From Alistipes sp. (GTDB taxonomy: Bacteria; Bacteroidota; Bacteroidia; Bacteroidales; Rikenellaceae), in the NCBI GenBank assembly GCA_017536555.1, contig JAFXHE010000003.1, positions 88,662 through 152,661 on the forward strand: a stretch of DNA of 64,000 nucleotides, written 5' to 3'. Numbering within the stretch: position 1 is the first letter of the stretch; every line of letters starts with the position of its first letter. The position numbers and the translations under genes are program-made. Under the pieces are notes generated by a model. It was not told the origin of the DNA. It did not search any database and was given only the letters and a program-made list of their open reading frames with translations. Below, one piece after another: positions 18,157 through 26,616 of this stretch.

Positions 18157-21099
18157 CTACCTGTGCATTGGCGGACGACCAAATGCTGGGCGGTTGCCGC
18201 TAACATTCATACCCTCATAGTCGTTGATATCTGTCGAACCCTTCTTACCGAAGTAGCGCAAGTTATAGTTGAACTGCACCGTGAAGTAGCGTCCAATGAC
18301 ACTATTCCAAGTGTTCTGCGTATAGCCACTACCGACAGTACGAGCGAAGGCTGTATTCTGATTTAAGAGGTCGTTGACACCTATAAGCACCTCGCCAAGT
18401 TGATTCTTGAAGAGCTTCTTACCGAGGTAGACGTTACAGATAATATAGTCCTCGTTATAGTCATTCGTAAAACCTACATACTGGTTATAGTTTACAGCTG
18501 CTGTCAGCGAGAAGCCCTTCCAGAACACCCACTTGAGCGTACCTGATGCAGTGTGGCTGAAATATTGGTTGCGGCTACTGCGCGATGCGAGCGACTGTCG
18601 CGCATCGTTATATGCACCATTCCACTGCAACGTAAAGTCGATATTCTCCGAGATATTACTACCCAGCGACACCATAGCATCGTAGCCCATATTGCTGGTA
18701 AAGTTTAGCTCGTCGTTGATCATTGACGGGGTACGTGTCCAGCTAACACCTGCCATCATATTAAGGTTACACTTGATAGGCGCAATAGGGAAACCATAGC
18801 TTAAGTGTGTAAACAACTGGCGGTAGCCATCCATATTCTCGTATGTCGAGTACTGCAATGGGTTATACTCATTGCCATCAATCGTGATAGTATCTGGGTT
18901 GTAGTATATCGACTGACCCATATAGTCCTGCTGGAACTGTGTCGAGAACATCCACATAAAGGTACGACCCTTCTCAATGTTAGAGCGTATGTAGTGGAAG
19001 TTGATACGGTGTGTATATGATGACACAAGGTTGGGGTTACCCTTCGAGATATACTGTGCATTTGACACATCGTAGATATCCTGCAAGTTGCGCACATCGG
19101 GATTCCACGTATACGAGTTAATAAATACGCGGATGGTGTTCTGCGGGTTGAAGGCTATATTACCCATCACAAAGTAGGTGATATGGTTAAAGTCGCGCTT
19201 CACATTCTCGCCATTGACCATACCGTCAAGTGTCGAATACTGATAGAATACATTTGCAACAAAGGTGTTACGATCCTTCGAGTAGCGGAAGCCAGGGCCC
19301 ACCTTATGCTCGATACTACGGCTATTGGTCATCGACGACAGCGACGCATCAGGGATAAGACCCTCGGTTGCATAGTCACTGCCTGTGATATACGCCATCT
19401 TTTCGATTGCCTGATCCTCGAACTCAAAGCGATACTGCATACTAACCTGTGCATTCTTTGCCACAGGCTCTGTATATGTCACATTAGCTCTAATGTCGGT
19501 CTCTGTCTGCGGTGCTGTAGATGACACGTAGCGCACCTCGGGCATATACATACCCGTAGCCTCGTCATATATAGTGGAAATAGTCGAGTAACTATTAGCA
19601 TTAGAGCGCGGTGTGTTACGTATACCATAGCGACCATCTACGGTAAGTGTACGACCAGGCTTACCTAACTTTACGCGATACTGCAAGAACTCCGAGAAAC
19701 GCAGAGCACGCGACGACGACTGCGAGCCATTATATGACAACTCATAAGGCAGACCCTTCATATCGGCACTCTCACCCGTAAGCTCACCGTACTGCTGGCT
19801 ATAGGGGTCATTACCCTGGAAGCTGAAGTTTGTACGCGACATCAGCGACATATTCTTGTTGATACTCCAGTCTAAACGGAGGTTTGCACGGTGGTTGAAG
19901 TTATGCGTCTCCGACTCGCCCTCCTGCTCAAGATAGTCATCGGGCGAGGGGCTCTCATACCACTTCTGCAAGATGCTCTTATTTGCTGTATTGGTGTTAT
20001 TGAAGAAGTATGAGCCATTTAGTTTCACCTTATCATTCTCTCCCCACGAATCAGAGTACTGCACGCCAATAGAGCCTACATTTGCGACACCACTCTGCGG
20101 ACGTACCATATATCGACCTACGCCACGACCACCACCAGGGCCACCGCCACTGCCACCTGTAACACCGATGATATCCTCGAATGAGAAATTCTGCTGATTG
20201 ACATTATTGAATAGACCGATAACAGATATACGTGTGTTATTGTGGAAGAGGTTGACATTACCACCAATATTATACTTATGTTGCGATGTTACGCTACCCA
20301 CCTCGGGGTTGTAGATGCCATCATTTATGAAGTCCAAGTCGGGTGCGCCACCATCTGTATTGGGCTGATAACCATAGCCACCATACACCTTACCAAAGAC
20401 TCCCTGACGCATATTCGAGCGTGTCACAATGTTGATAGCCTTATATCCCTCGCCATCATCCATACCCGAGAACTCCGCATTATCAGAGAGTTTATTAAAG
20501 ACCTCAACGCGATCTACCGCCTGTGCTGGGAGTGAGTTAAGTGCCGTTGACACATCCTCGCCGAAGAACTCCTTGCCATCTACAAAAATCTTCTTCACCT
20601 GCTCACCCTGCGCCTCGACCTGACCATTTGAGATGGTTATACCAGGCATCTTCTTGAGAAGACCCTCAACGTCGGCATCCGACGCAACCTTAAATGCACC
20701 AGCGTTATATGCTACAGTGTCGCCATTCTGCGATGTACGCAATGCCTGCACCTCCTTAACAACGGCCTCGATAGCCACAGCCTCTGGAGCAAGCTCTATT
20801 ACACCGAGCTGCGTTGTGCCACTGACCTTTATGCGCTGCTTATGAGTGGTATAGCCGATAAATGATATTGTCATATCGTACTCGCCAGACGACAATGCAC
20901 TAACAGTCACTGCTCCACCAACACCTGTTGTTGCGTGCTTGCGGTAGTCTCCATTAGTTGTTGACACCACCTCAACGATAGCACCGATAACACCATCTTT
21001 GGTCTCTTTGTCGATCACCTTCGCCGTGATACGTCCCGACTGTGCCATTGCTGGCAATGTGATACACAGCAAAAGGATGATTGCAAAAAATCTCTTCAT
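18157..21099 (-). CDS. TonB-dependent-receptor-like outer-membrane beta-barrel protein (CarboxypepD_reg-like N-terminus, plug, barrel)
   Basis: Signal peptide; ISFIGY; LLKKMPG...GEQVKKIFVDGKEFFG plug motif; C-terminal DLLNQ...RYFTVQFNYNL. Confidence 0.82.
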   Translation of the reverse strand: MKRFFAIILLLCITLPAMAQSGRITAKVIDKETKDGVIGAIVEVVSTTNGDYRKHATTGVGGAVTVSALSSGEYDMTISFIGYTTHKQRIKVSGTTQLGVIELAPEAVAIEAVVKEVQALRTSQNGDTVAYNAGAFKVASDADVEGLLKKMPGITISNGQVEAQGEQVKKIFVDGKEFFGEDVSTALNSLPAQAVDRVEVFNKLSDNAEFSGMDDGEGYKAINIVTRSNMRQGVFGKVYGGYGYQPNTDGGAPDLDFINDGIYNPEVGSVTSQHKYNIGGNVNLFHNNTRISVIGLFNNVNQQNFSFEDIIGVTGGSGGGPGGGRGVGRYMVRPQSGVANVGSIGVQYSDSWGENDKVKLNGSYFFNNTNTANKSILQKWYESPSPDDYLEQEGESETHNFNHRANLRLDWSINKNMSLMSRTNFSFQGNDPYSQQYGELTGESADMKGLPYELSYNGSQSSSRALRFSEFLQYRVKLGKPGRTLTVDGRYGIRNTPRSNANSYSTISTIYDEATGMYMPEVRYVSSTAPQTETDIRANVTYTEPVAKNAQVSMQYRFEFEDQAIEKMAYITGSDYATEGLIPDASLSSMTNSRSIEHKVGPGFRYSKDRNTFVANVFYQYSTLDGMVNGENVKRDFNHITYFVMGNIAFNPQNTIRVFINSYTWNPDVRNLQDIYDVSNAQYISKGNPNLVSSYTHRINFHYIRSNIEKGRTFMWMFSTQFQQDYMGQSIYYNPDTITIDGNEYNPLQYSTYENMDGYRQLFTHLSYGFPIAPIKCNLNMMAGVSWTRTPSMINDELNFTSNMGYDAMVSLGSNISENIDFTLQWNGAYNDARQSLASRSSRNQYFSHTASGTLKWVFWKGFSLTAAVNYNQYVGFTNDYNEDYIICNVYLGKKLFKNQLGEVLIGVNDLLNQNTAFARTVGSGYTQNTWNSVIGRYFTVQFNYNLRYFGKKGSTDINDYEGMNVSGNRPAFGRPPMHR

Positions 21100-21198
21100 T
21101 GCACTTGTGATTTATTCTATTTCAACTCTATTTGCACTTTTCGCTTGCGAAAATAATACATTTCCACCATAAATAGAACTATTTTTCGGTGAAACGGC

Positions 21199-21227
21199 AA
21201 AAAATGGGTGTCAGCTAACTGACACCC
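21199..21227 (-). terminator. Terminator after the His-rich protein gene
   Basis: GGGTGTCAG-CTAA-CTGACACCC perfect stem; U-tract on minus strand. Confidence 0.7.
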
Positions 21228-21241
21228 TGTAATCAACACTC

Positions 21242-21607
21242 TTATCTACGTCCGCCATTACCATTGGGGCGACCATTGGGACGGTTGTCGTGGCGACCAT
21301 CGTGGCGGCAATCGCTACCCTTAACGTGGTGTGACGGAGCGGGTCGCATACCTGGCACAAAGTGCGGATGTGGACGATGTGCGCGATGTGGCTTGCGAAT
21401 ATTATTACATATCGCACATCCGTGCTTCGGAGCTCTATGAGCGTGCTTTACGTGATGCTTTACGTCGTGGTGGTGTCCGTCGCAGATATAGTTTACCTCA
21501 ACCTTCACGCGTGGCTTTCTTACGTTATCTGCCATTGAGTCGTTAGCCATCGCACTACCCATTGCCATCACCGACAGCGCAAGGGTCAAAAACATCATCT
21601 TTTTCAT
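21242..21607 (-). CDS. Small secreted His/Arg-rich protein with CxxC, function unknown
   Basis: Signal peptide (AMA cleavage), ~16 His, CAIC, AT-rich RBS region, downstream terminator. Confidence 0.7.
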   Translation of the reverse strand: MKKMMFLTLALSVMAMGSAMANDSMADNVRKPRVKVEVNYICDGHHHDVKHHVKHAHRAPKHGCAICNNIRKPHRAHRPHPHFVPGMRPAPSHHVKGSDCRHDGRHDNRPNGRPNGNGGRR

Positions 21608-21662
21608 AGCAGTATTCTTTTAATAGGTTAATAATTAATCGTTTATTCGCATCTTTTAATTC

Positions 21663-22064
21663 TTAATTTCTTGGCAACTCAATCTTGCGAAACTCTCTAT
21701 CGCCATCTTTTGTATAGCGCCACATTTCGCCAGTGTGGATATTTAGCAGAAAGCAGAGTTTGCTATTTTCACTACTTAAGTAGAGTTGATAGTTAATTCT
21801 ACCATCGACCATCATATCTGGCTTCTCGCGCTCAATTAACTCAAACTCTTTGCCTACGCTCTTATATCGCCAGACATCGCCCGTGAACTTATCTAATAGG
21901 AACGCCTGCTTGGAGTTTATCATCGACTGCACAAACTCATATCTTGCACCCTCTACATCGGTACTTATTGGCAGTGAAAGATGAGCATCCACATCGGTCT
22001 GTGCCTTGACATCATACACTGTAAATCCAGCGAGGAGGGCTATGAGCAACACTATCTTTTTCAT
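21663..22064 (-). CDS. Secreted hypothetical protein with two ~50-aa tandem repeats
   Basis: Signal peptide; repeats NSKQAFLLDKFTGDVWRY / NSKLCFLLNIHTGEMWRY. Confidence 0.75.
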   Translation of the reverse strand: MKKIVLLIALLAGFTVYDVKAQTDVDAHLSLPISTDVEGARYEFVQSMINSKQAFLLDKFTGDVWRYKSVGKEFELIEREKPDMMVDGRINYQLYLSSENSKLCFLLNIHTGEMWRYTKDGDREFRKIELPRN

Positions 22065-22079
22065 AGTATAAAAATTTAA

Positions 22080-22118
22080 AGGGTTGTACTTTGTTTTCTG
22101 TTACAAAGGTACAACCCT
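22080..22118 (-). terminator. Hairpin after the LytTR regulator, overlapping a TACCTTTG promoter box (22104-22111)
   Basis: AGGGTTGTAC(C)TTTG...CAAAGTACAACCCT followed by TTAAATTTTT on minus strand. Confidence 0.6.
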
Positions 22119-22163
22119 AAAGTGCGATTTTGAGCTACACGTCCCGCTAAACGCCCTTTTTGC

Positions 22164-22197
22164 GCGGTGAGCCGACATCTACGAGCGGTGAGCCGAC
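22164..22197. promoter_or_regulatory. Putative LytTR binding site: 13-bp direct repeat GCGGTGAGCCGAC, 21-bp period
   Basis: Identical copies at 22164 and 22185, upstream of the 22104 promoter; 21-bp period is typical of LytTR operators. Confidence 0.6.
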
Positions 22198-22949
22198 TGC
22201 ATCCATTGCTTAAATTCGGGGACTCGAGCCTTTGATATGATGATGCGTTCTGGAGTCTCCACCGTAAGATTTAGCGCAAGACGGCTACCAAACCATACGG
22301 CGATATCCTTAACAGCACGGCGCGACACTATAAACTGACGATTTGCTCGAAAGAACTCACCCGTAGAGAGCTGCTGTGTAAGAGCCTCAAGTGTCTTGTC
22401 CACAGGATATGACACACCGTCGAGTGTCGTGAGTGTCACACGTTCAGAGAAGGTATAGAAGAACGCTACGTCGTCGACACACACAGGTATAATCTTATCC
22501 TTATAGCGCACAAGCATCGTCTGCATAGCCTCCTCCGTATGCTCTAACAGCATCTTGTTGCGACGCTCGCGGCTCTCGTTCTGCTCACCTACGGTAAGAC
22601 GCTGCAGCTTGTCAATGGCACGACGCAGATCATCCTCCTTGAATGGCTTAAGCAAGTAGTCTATGCTGTTGACCTTAAATGCCTGAAGCGCATACTCGTC
22701 GTATGCCGTAGTAAATATAATAGGTATGGAGATGTCGACACGCTCAAATATACGGAACGAATCGCCATCTGCAAGGTGAATATCCATAAACACTATCTCG
22801 GCATCTACCTCCTTTGAGAAGTAGTCTACAGCCTCCTCTACCGACTCCAACACATCGACAACCTCTATATCGGAGTCTATCGCGCGCAGCATACTACGCA
22901 GGTTAACGGCAGCTGCCGTCTCGTCCTCAACAATTATAACTCTTCGCAT
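22179..22949 (-). CDS. LytTR-family DNA-binding response regulator
   Basis: REC domain (VEDE, FMDIHL, FTTAYDEYA, DYLLKP) plus LytTR domain (FFRANRQFIV). Confidence 0.93.
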   Translation of the reverse strand: MRRVIIVEDETAAAVNLRSMLRAIDSDIEVVDVLESVEEAVDYFSKEVDAEIVFMDIHLADGDSFRIFERVDISIPIIFTTAYDEYALQAFKVNSIDYLLKPFKEDDLRRAIDKLQRLTVGEQNESRERRNKMLLEHTEEAMQTMLVRYKDKIIPVCVDDVAFFYTFSERVTLTTLDGVSYPVDKTLEALTQQLSTGEFFRANRQFIVSRRAVKDIAVWFGSRLALNLTVETPERIIISKARVPEFKQWMQSAHRS

Positions 22950-22954
22950 AACTT

Positions 22955-24298
22955 CTACTTTTTAGGCGGCTCTAATGGCAGGCGTACCACAAAACGCTCC
23001 GCCGTGTCGATAATCTCAATATCGTGACCCGTGATAATATTCCAGCGACTACGCAGGTTCTCCAAGCCTATACCCGTCGAAGGCTCAACATCGAGCTTCG
23101 GGTGTTTAGGGTTGGCTATCTCAAGCACGCCATCTACAGTACGGATGGTTACGTGCAACGGGGTCTTTGTCGTTATACTATTATGTTTCACAGCATTGCC
23201 AATAAGTGGCTGCAACGACAACGCTGGCAGTGTCCACTCTTTATAGCTGCTGTCTATGTCGAAATCGAAGAAGAGCTTATCGGCATAACGTATCTTGAAG
23301 AGGTAGGCATACGCCTCGGCAAAAGCCATCTCGTCTTTTAGCGTTGTACGCTCACTCTGACCGTTTTGTATGATGTAACGGAAGGTGTATGATAGCTGGT
23401 CGATATACTCCAAAGCACGCTCATCATCCCTCTCGCGCACAAGCATTGCCAACGAGTTCAGCGAGTTGAAGAAGAAGTGCGGGTTTATCTGTCCTACCAA
23501 CATATTGTAGCGCGTTGCAAGGTTCTCCGTTTTGAGGCGTTCATTCTCCACGACAATATCCTGACGCTGACGCATCAAGCGGTAGGTGTAGGCGTATAGC
23601 ACCGTCACTACAAGCATAAATAGGCACTTTGTAAGCACCACAAGGTTAGCGTTATTGCGCGACTCGCTCTGGAAGAAGAATACTATGCGCATTGCGCCAT
23701 CTTTGAACGACATAACGGGCGCGAAGTAGAGAGCTATGGCACTCACCACTATCACTAACAATATGCGACGGAAGAATATCCACCCAGTGATACGTCCCGA
23801 CCGTGGCTGAAGAGTGAGTATGAGTAGCAGTATGAAGGAGATTATCGCATAGTAGGCTATCTGCCATACAAACTCCACCGTACGGCTCGGACGATCATAT
23901 AGCGCGTCGAAGTCAAATTTCTCACCATTGCGCATCACAATCTCATCCAAGCGTTTGTGCGCCTTTTCTATCATCTGCTTCGAGTAGTGGTCGCTACGCG
24001 GATGGTGTGAACGAAATTGGAGGCGGTCACCCTCCTGCAGTTGGTAGGTATTAATCTGCCACGATGACACATATACGCTGTCACGCTTCTCGCAGTCACA
24101 CACAATGTATCCGTATAGGTCATCTGTGATGTGTAGCACACCCGAGCTGTGCTCACCCTGCTGGTGGTAGTCACCACCACGTTGTGACATACCTCGCTCT
24201 GTTATTATCGGCAGTAGCAGATACGAGAAGTTTATCACAAGGCTCAATGCAAATGCTATCAGCATCAATAGTGCAATATGTCTCTTTTGCATCTTCAT
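22955..24298 (-). CDS. LytS/YehU-type sensor histidine kinase, ~4 TM, with an OB-fold-like extracytoplasmic domain
   Basis: QINPHFFFNSLN H-box, LQPLIGNAVKHN, STGIGLENL; adjacent to the LytTR regulator. Confidence 0.9.
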   Translation of the reverse strand: MKMQKRHIALLMLIAFALSLVINFSYLLLPIITERGMSQRGGDYHQQGEHSSGVLHITDDLYGYIVCDCEKRDSVYVSSWQINTYQLQEGDRLQFRSHHPRSDHYSKQMIEKAHKRLDEIVMRNGEKFDFDALYDRPSRTVEFVWQIAYYAIISFILLLILTLQPRSGRITGWIFFRRILLVIVVSAIALYFAPVMSFKDGAMRIVFFFQSESRNNANLVVLTKCLFMLVVTVLYAYTYRLMRQRQDIVVENERLKTENLATRYNMLVGQINPHFFFNSLNSLAMLVRERDDERALEYIDQLSYTFRYIIQNGQSERTTLKDEMAFAEAYAYLFKIRYADKLFFDFDIDSSYKEWTLPALSLQPLIGNAVKHNSITTKTPLHVTIRTVDGVLEIANPKHPKLDVEPSTGIGLENLRSRWNIITGHDIEIIDTAERFVVRLPLEPPKK

Positions 24299-24370
24299 AA
24301 TCGGTGTGTTTGATTAGTAATTCAGACTAATGTGTAGAGTTCCAGCCATACGATATAAAGTTCTATTCGT

Positions 24371-24466
24371 GGCAACGATTGAGAGGTCGCGGATGGGACA
24401 TACTATGCGTATTTCCCATTCAGGGCAATGATTGAGAGGTCGCAGATGCGCCCTTATCACGAAAAA
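24371..24466 (-). repeat. Partial, rearranged second unit of the palindromic element with an internal 20-bp direct repeat
   Basis: Arm at 24438-24466 also present at 56449-56477; GGCAAYGATTGAGAGGTCGC at 24371 and 24424; core GGGA-CATAC-N5-GTATTTCCC hairpin. Confidence 0.7.
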
Positions 24467-24595
24467 TAATTTTTTGTCAGAAGGGTGCAGATGTGGTGCC
24501 AAGTCGAAATTTTTGCGGATGGGTAGTACTTGAAGTACGTCCCATTCGAAAAAATGAGCTTGGTGCCGCAGATGCGCCCTTATCACAAAAAATTA
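24467..24595 (-). repeat. ~129-bp imperfect palindromic element (REP/MITE-like) starting at the stop codon of the gamma-CA gene
   Basis: Inverted termini TAATTTTTTGT(G/C)A(T/G)AAGGG(C/T)GCA; 55-bp block (1 mismatch) and 30-bp identical block shared with 56449-56611. Confidence 0.88.
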
Positions 24596-25117
24596 CTCGT
24601 ACCAAGAGGCATAAGTACGATAATCTCGGGCTGTGCGCTTGATTATCTCGTCACGCTGCTCGGGAGTAACATCCTTCACCTTCTTGGCGGGGACACCTGC
24701 ATATACCGAGTAGGGCTCAAGCTTCTGGTTAGAGAGCACAAGAGCACCTGCAGCTATGATTGAGCCTGTAGCCACCACAGCATTGTCGAGGACGATTGCA
24801 CCCATACCTATAAGGCAGTTATCCTCGATAGTAGCACCGTGAATCACAGCATTGTGACCTACCGACACATAGTCGCCGATGTGTGTTTGTGACGGGTTCT
24901 TCGAGCCATCATAGAGGGTGTGGATAACAGCACCATCCTGAATGTTTGTGTGGTTGCCAATAGTAATGGCGTTTACATCGCCACGGAGCACTGCGTTATA
25001 CCATATCGAGCAGTTCTCACCAATCTTAACATCACCAATGATTGTTGCAGTCTCCGCCAACCAAGTATCCTTGCCAATCTCTGGCTCGTGACCGCGCACG
25101 TTTCTAATAATTGCCAT
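24593..25117 (-). CDS. Gamma carbonic anhydrase-like hexapeptide-repeat protein (YrdA/PaaY family)
   Basis: IGDVKIG, WYNAVLRGDVN, NIQDGAVIH, VGHNAVIHG; start moved to the ATG at 25117. Confidence 0.9.
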   Translation of the reverse strand: MAIIRNVRGHEPEIGKDTWLAETATIIGDVKIGENCSIWYNAVLRGDVNAITIGNHTNIQDGAVIHTLYDGSKNPSQTHIGDYVSVGHNAVIHGATIEDNCLIGMGAIVLDNAVVATGSIIAAGALVLSNQKLEPYSVYAGVPAKKVKDVTPEQRDEIIKRTARDYRTYASWYE

Positions 25118-25118
25118 A

Positions 25119-25898
25119 TTACTCTGTTTTTTTAGATTCTTGCCAATAGCCCTCCATCTCGTCAAGCGACATCTCGTGGAGTGATTTACCCTGCTCTACA
25201 GCGCGCTGTTCCAGATAGTTAAAACGACGAATAAACTTCTTGTTTGTACGCTCCAGTGCCGCCTCGGGGTCAATACCATAGAGTCGACAGGCGTTTATAA
25301 GGGCGAAGAAGAGGTCACCCATCTCGTCGGTGAGCTTCTCCTTATCAGAGGCACGCACCTCGGCATCTACCTCCATAAGCTCCTCCTTGACCTTTGCCCA
25401 TACATCCTCGCGCTGCTCCCAGTCGAAGCCCGTAGCCGCAGCCTTCTCGCCTATGCGGAACGCCTTGACCATTGCTGGTAGCGAGACGGGGACACCTCCA
25501 AGCGTACCACTCTTACGCCTCTTCTTGCGCAGTTTGAGGGCCTCCCAATTCTGCTTAACCTCCTCGGGAGTGTCGGCGTGTATATCTCCGTAGACGTGCG
25601 GGTGTCGGTATATAAGCTTGTCGCACACGCCATTAGCTACATCTGTATAGTCGAAGGCACCCACCTCGTCGCCGAGCTTTGAGTAGAAGACAACGTGCAG
25701 AAGCAGGTCGCCCAGCTCCTCCTTTATACCCTCCATATTTTTATCGGTGATGGCATCTGCAAGCTCATAGGTCTCCTCAATGGTGTTATTACGCAACGTG
25801 TCGAAGGTCTGCTCACGATCCCACGGACACTCACGGCGCAAGGTCTCCATAACCTCTAATAGTCGTGCCGTTGCCTTTTCAGCATCATTCATATTCAT
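25119..25898 (-). CDS. mazG: Nucleoside triphosphate pyrophosphohydrolase MazG
   Basis: CPWDREQT, EETYE, EELGDLL, RHPHV, tandem MazG domains. Confidence 0.93.
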   Translation of the reverse strand: MNMNDAEKATARLLEVMETLRRECPWDREQTFDTLRNNTIEETYELADAITDKNMEGIKEELGDLLLHVVFYSKLGDEVGAFDYTDVANGVCDKLIYRHPHVYGDIHADTPEEVKQNWEALKLRKKRRKSGTLGGVPVSLPAMVKAFRIGEKAAATGFDWEQREDVWAKVKEELMEVDAEVRASDKEKLTDEMGDLFFALINACRLYGIDPEAALERTNKKFIRRFNYLEQRAVEQGKSLHEMSLDEMEGYWQESKKTE

Positions 25899-25899
25899 A

Positions 25900-26616
25900 T
25901 TACTGTCTGCGTTTTATAGTTCTAAATGGTAGCTTCAGCACTCCGAAGAATGCCTCGCCAAAGATTCCTGACGACATCTTGGATGTACCCTCCTCGCGGT
26001 CAATGAAGATTATCGACAACTCGCCGATGCTAAAGCCTAAACGCCACGCCGTATACTTCATCTCTATCTGAAAGCCGTAGCCATTCATCTGCACAGCATC
26101 GAGGTCGATAGCCTCGAGCACCTCACGACGGTAACCCACAAAGCCTGCAGTAGCATCTGCCACAGGCATACGCGTAACTATACGCACATACTTCGAGGCG
26201 AAGTACGACATAAGGAGTCGCCCCATTGACCAATTTACGACATTGACACCTTGCGAGTAACGCGAACCTATGACAACATCTGTGTTGTCGAGCATAGCAT
26301 CAAGGCGCGGCAGGTCATCAGGGTTATGCGAGAAGTCGCAATCCATCTCAAAGACACGGTCATATCCCTGCTCTAAAGCAAACTTAAAGCCAGCGATATA
26401 GGCGGTGCCAAGTCCGAGCTTGCCACTGCGACATATTAGATGCAACCGCTCGCCATAGCTCACCTGCTCTGCGCGCACAAGGTCTGCAGTGCCATCGGGA
26501 GAGCCATCATCGACAATGAGTAGGTCGAAGCTCTCCGACATAGACATAAGGCGGCGTATCATCTTAACGACATTCTCACGCTCGTTGTATGTTGGAATTA
26601 TTATAAGTCGTCTCAT
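25900..26616 (-). CDS. Polyprenol monophosphomannose synthase-like GT2 glycosyltransferase
   Basis: IIPTYNE, VDDGSPDGT, GLGTAY, MDCDFSH, GYGFQIE. Confidence 0.88.
   Translation of the reverse strand: MRRLIIIPTYNERENVVKMIRRLMSMSESFDLLIVDDGSPDGTADLVRAEQVSYGERLHLICRSGKLGLGTAYIAGFKFALEQGYDRVFEMDCDFSHNPDDLPRLDAMLDNTDVVIGSRYSQGVNVVNWSMGRLLMSYFASKYVRIVTRMPVADATAGFVGYRREVLEAIDLDAVQMNGYGFQIEMKYTAWRLGFSIGELSIIFIDREEGTSKMSSGIFGEAFFGVLKLPFRTIKRRQ

Noticed and set aside
24314-24586. 90-aa ORF with repeated IRAHLR
   Set aside because: It is a translation of the palindromic repeat; the peptide repeats mirror the DNA repeats.
24371-24599. Possible CRISPR array or classical integron attC array
   Set aside because: Only 2-3 arms, internal segments are self-complementary rather than unique spacers, no cas or intI genes, no RYYYAAC/GTTRRRY boxes.
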